Source: Macrostomum hystrix
Lineage: Eukaryota > Animalia > Platyhelminthes
Assembly (NCBI GenBank): GCA_950097015.1
Contig: CATNEN010000038.1
Location: forward strand, 14,756,001-14,820,000
Direction of reading: 5' to 3'
DNA length: 64,000 bases
Shown here: in pieces, positions 62,813 to 64,000 of the stretch
Layout of the letters: each line of letters begins with the position of its first letter
Numbering within the stretch: position 1 is the stretch's first letter
Position numbers and translations under genes: made by a program
The notes under the pieces: model-generated
Databases searched by the model: none
Told to the model about the DNA's origin: nothing
What the model saw: only the letters and a program-made list of their open reading frames with translations

Positions 62813-64000
62813 ATGGTGATGCTGCTGCTGCTGGAAAAAATGATCCAGCGAGGCCCGCTGATCCAGAGCGATGAAGTGTGGCTGGCGCAGCTGATGGTGC
62901 TGCTGCTGCTGCTGCTGGTGCTGCTGCTGCAGCAGGGCATGCATCTCATTTGGCGGCTTCTGCTGAATGGTGAATGGCACGCCGAAGTTAACAGCGCCGT
63001 GCTGGGTAACAACAACGCGAGAGAGGCCGACACTCTGCGGCGCCGTCTGCGCCACCTGCGGTTGCTGCTGAGGTGGCGGAGGCGGCGGTGGCAGAGGCGG
63101 CGGTTGCGGCTGTGGCTGCTGCTGCTGCTGCTGCTGCTGAGGCGGCAATGGCTGCAAAGGCTGTTGTACCTGTTGCACTTGTTGCTGCAGCTTGACCGGA
63201 TCAACCTGGATTTTGGCAGAATTAGGTGGGTAAGAAATTTGGATGGGTGTGGCGGCATTACACCCTGACAAGTCCACGAACTAAATGAGTTGTGCACAGC
63301 TATTGAATGCACCTGACAAGTCCCCTGACAAGTCCACGGACTAAATGAGTTGTACACAGCTATTGAATGCACATGAAAAGTCCCTTGACAAGTCCACGGA
63401 CTAAATGAGTTGTGCACAGCTATTGAATGCACCTGACAAGTCCCTTGACAAGTCCACGGACTAAATGAGTTGTGCACAGCTATTGAATGCACCGCGCAAT
63501 AGCTGGTAAAAAGTTTCCGGATTGAGCATGATAATAACGACAAAAAATCCAAATCGCTCACCGTTTTACCCTTGCTGCGCATGTAGTCACCGAGAATCTT
63601 CTCCATCTGGGAGGGCTGCTGCTGCTGCTGTTGCTGCTGCTGTTGCAACAGTTTGGCAGCCTGCAGGCTGCCGCGTGGACGCAGCAGCGGCACAGCGGCG
63701 GCTGCCATCGAGCTCGGCGTCATTGGCGCCGTCGATTCTCCGTCAGTGAACTCAAACGGACTAGCCGACACAGCCGAAGCCGCGGACGAAACTGAACCAG
63801 ACGAAGCCGTTGTCGCGCCGTTGGAGGAACCAGTCGACGCGTCGTTAGATTCGGTCACTAGTCCATCACCAACTGACTTGGCTGCTGCTGCGGCGGCTGA
63901 ATTAGCCTGCGGAGTTGGCTGGGGCCGCTTCCATTCGAGTTTGAGCACTCCGCCGCGGCTAATCTCTTCGAATAGTTGCATCATCATGCAGTCAGGGGGC
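62399..64000 (-). CDS. PAGR1: PAGR1 (PA1)-like protein, 5'-partial, with a polyQ/H/P tail; exons >64000-63562, 63205-62399
   Basis: PPDCMMQLFEEISRGGVLKLEWKRPQPTP, PFEFTD..TP, RPRGS and MEKILGDYMR parallel the PAGR1 motifs (RLYELL..G.LEL..RRPPTP, EFDFDD.P.TP, LDKVLSDMKR). Phase-0 intron. Confidence 0.7.
63240..63505 (+). repeat. Four tandem 60-bp units derived from the SINE family 1 3' region
   Basis: caagtccacggactaaatgagttgtgcacagctattgaatgcacc resembles SINE ccagtccatggactgaacag..cacagtcttcagatgcgcc; flanked by the SINE motifs gggtgtggcg and gcgcaatagctg. Confidence 0.75.

Noticed and set aside
62417-63268. Poly-Leu plus-strand ORFs
   Set aside because: Antisense of the CAG-rich polyQ exon.

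Overview
Intron-rich, repeat-rich animal genomic DNA, not prokaryotic. The molluscan-type troponin C, polyQ/polyA-rich proteins and minisatellite-filled introns suggest a lophotrochozoan, plausibly a flatworm such as Macrostomum (inference). Genes built by hand from splice sites and reading phase: a divergent importin-alpha lacking an IBB domain, troponin C, an intronless Cys-rich probably GPI-anchored protein with a duplicated unrecognised domain, a GPR153/162-like orphan GPCR, a 12-exon troponin T, serine dehydratase, a divergent cyclin B3, ankyrin-repeat exons, two hypothetical genes and the 3' part of a PAGR1-like gene. Mobile DNA: three tRNA-derived SINE families (one CORE-like), a non-autonomous Helitron with both termini and a nested hAT-type MITE, a CRE-like retrotransposon remnant, and more than 25 distinct minisatellites. 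The most interesting unexplained signal is a ~157-nt double-hairpin element in three copies: two in cyclin B3 intron 3 and one diverged copy upstream of the serine dehydratase gene. It shows compensatory base changes, strand-specific G-U pairs and H/ACA-snoRNA-like architecture. All family assignments rest on recalled motifs, not database searches.
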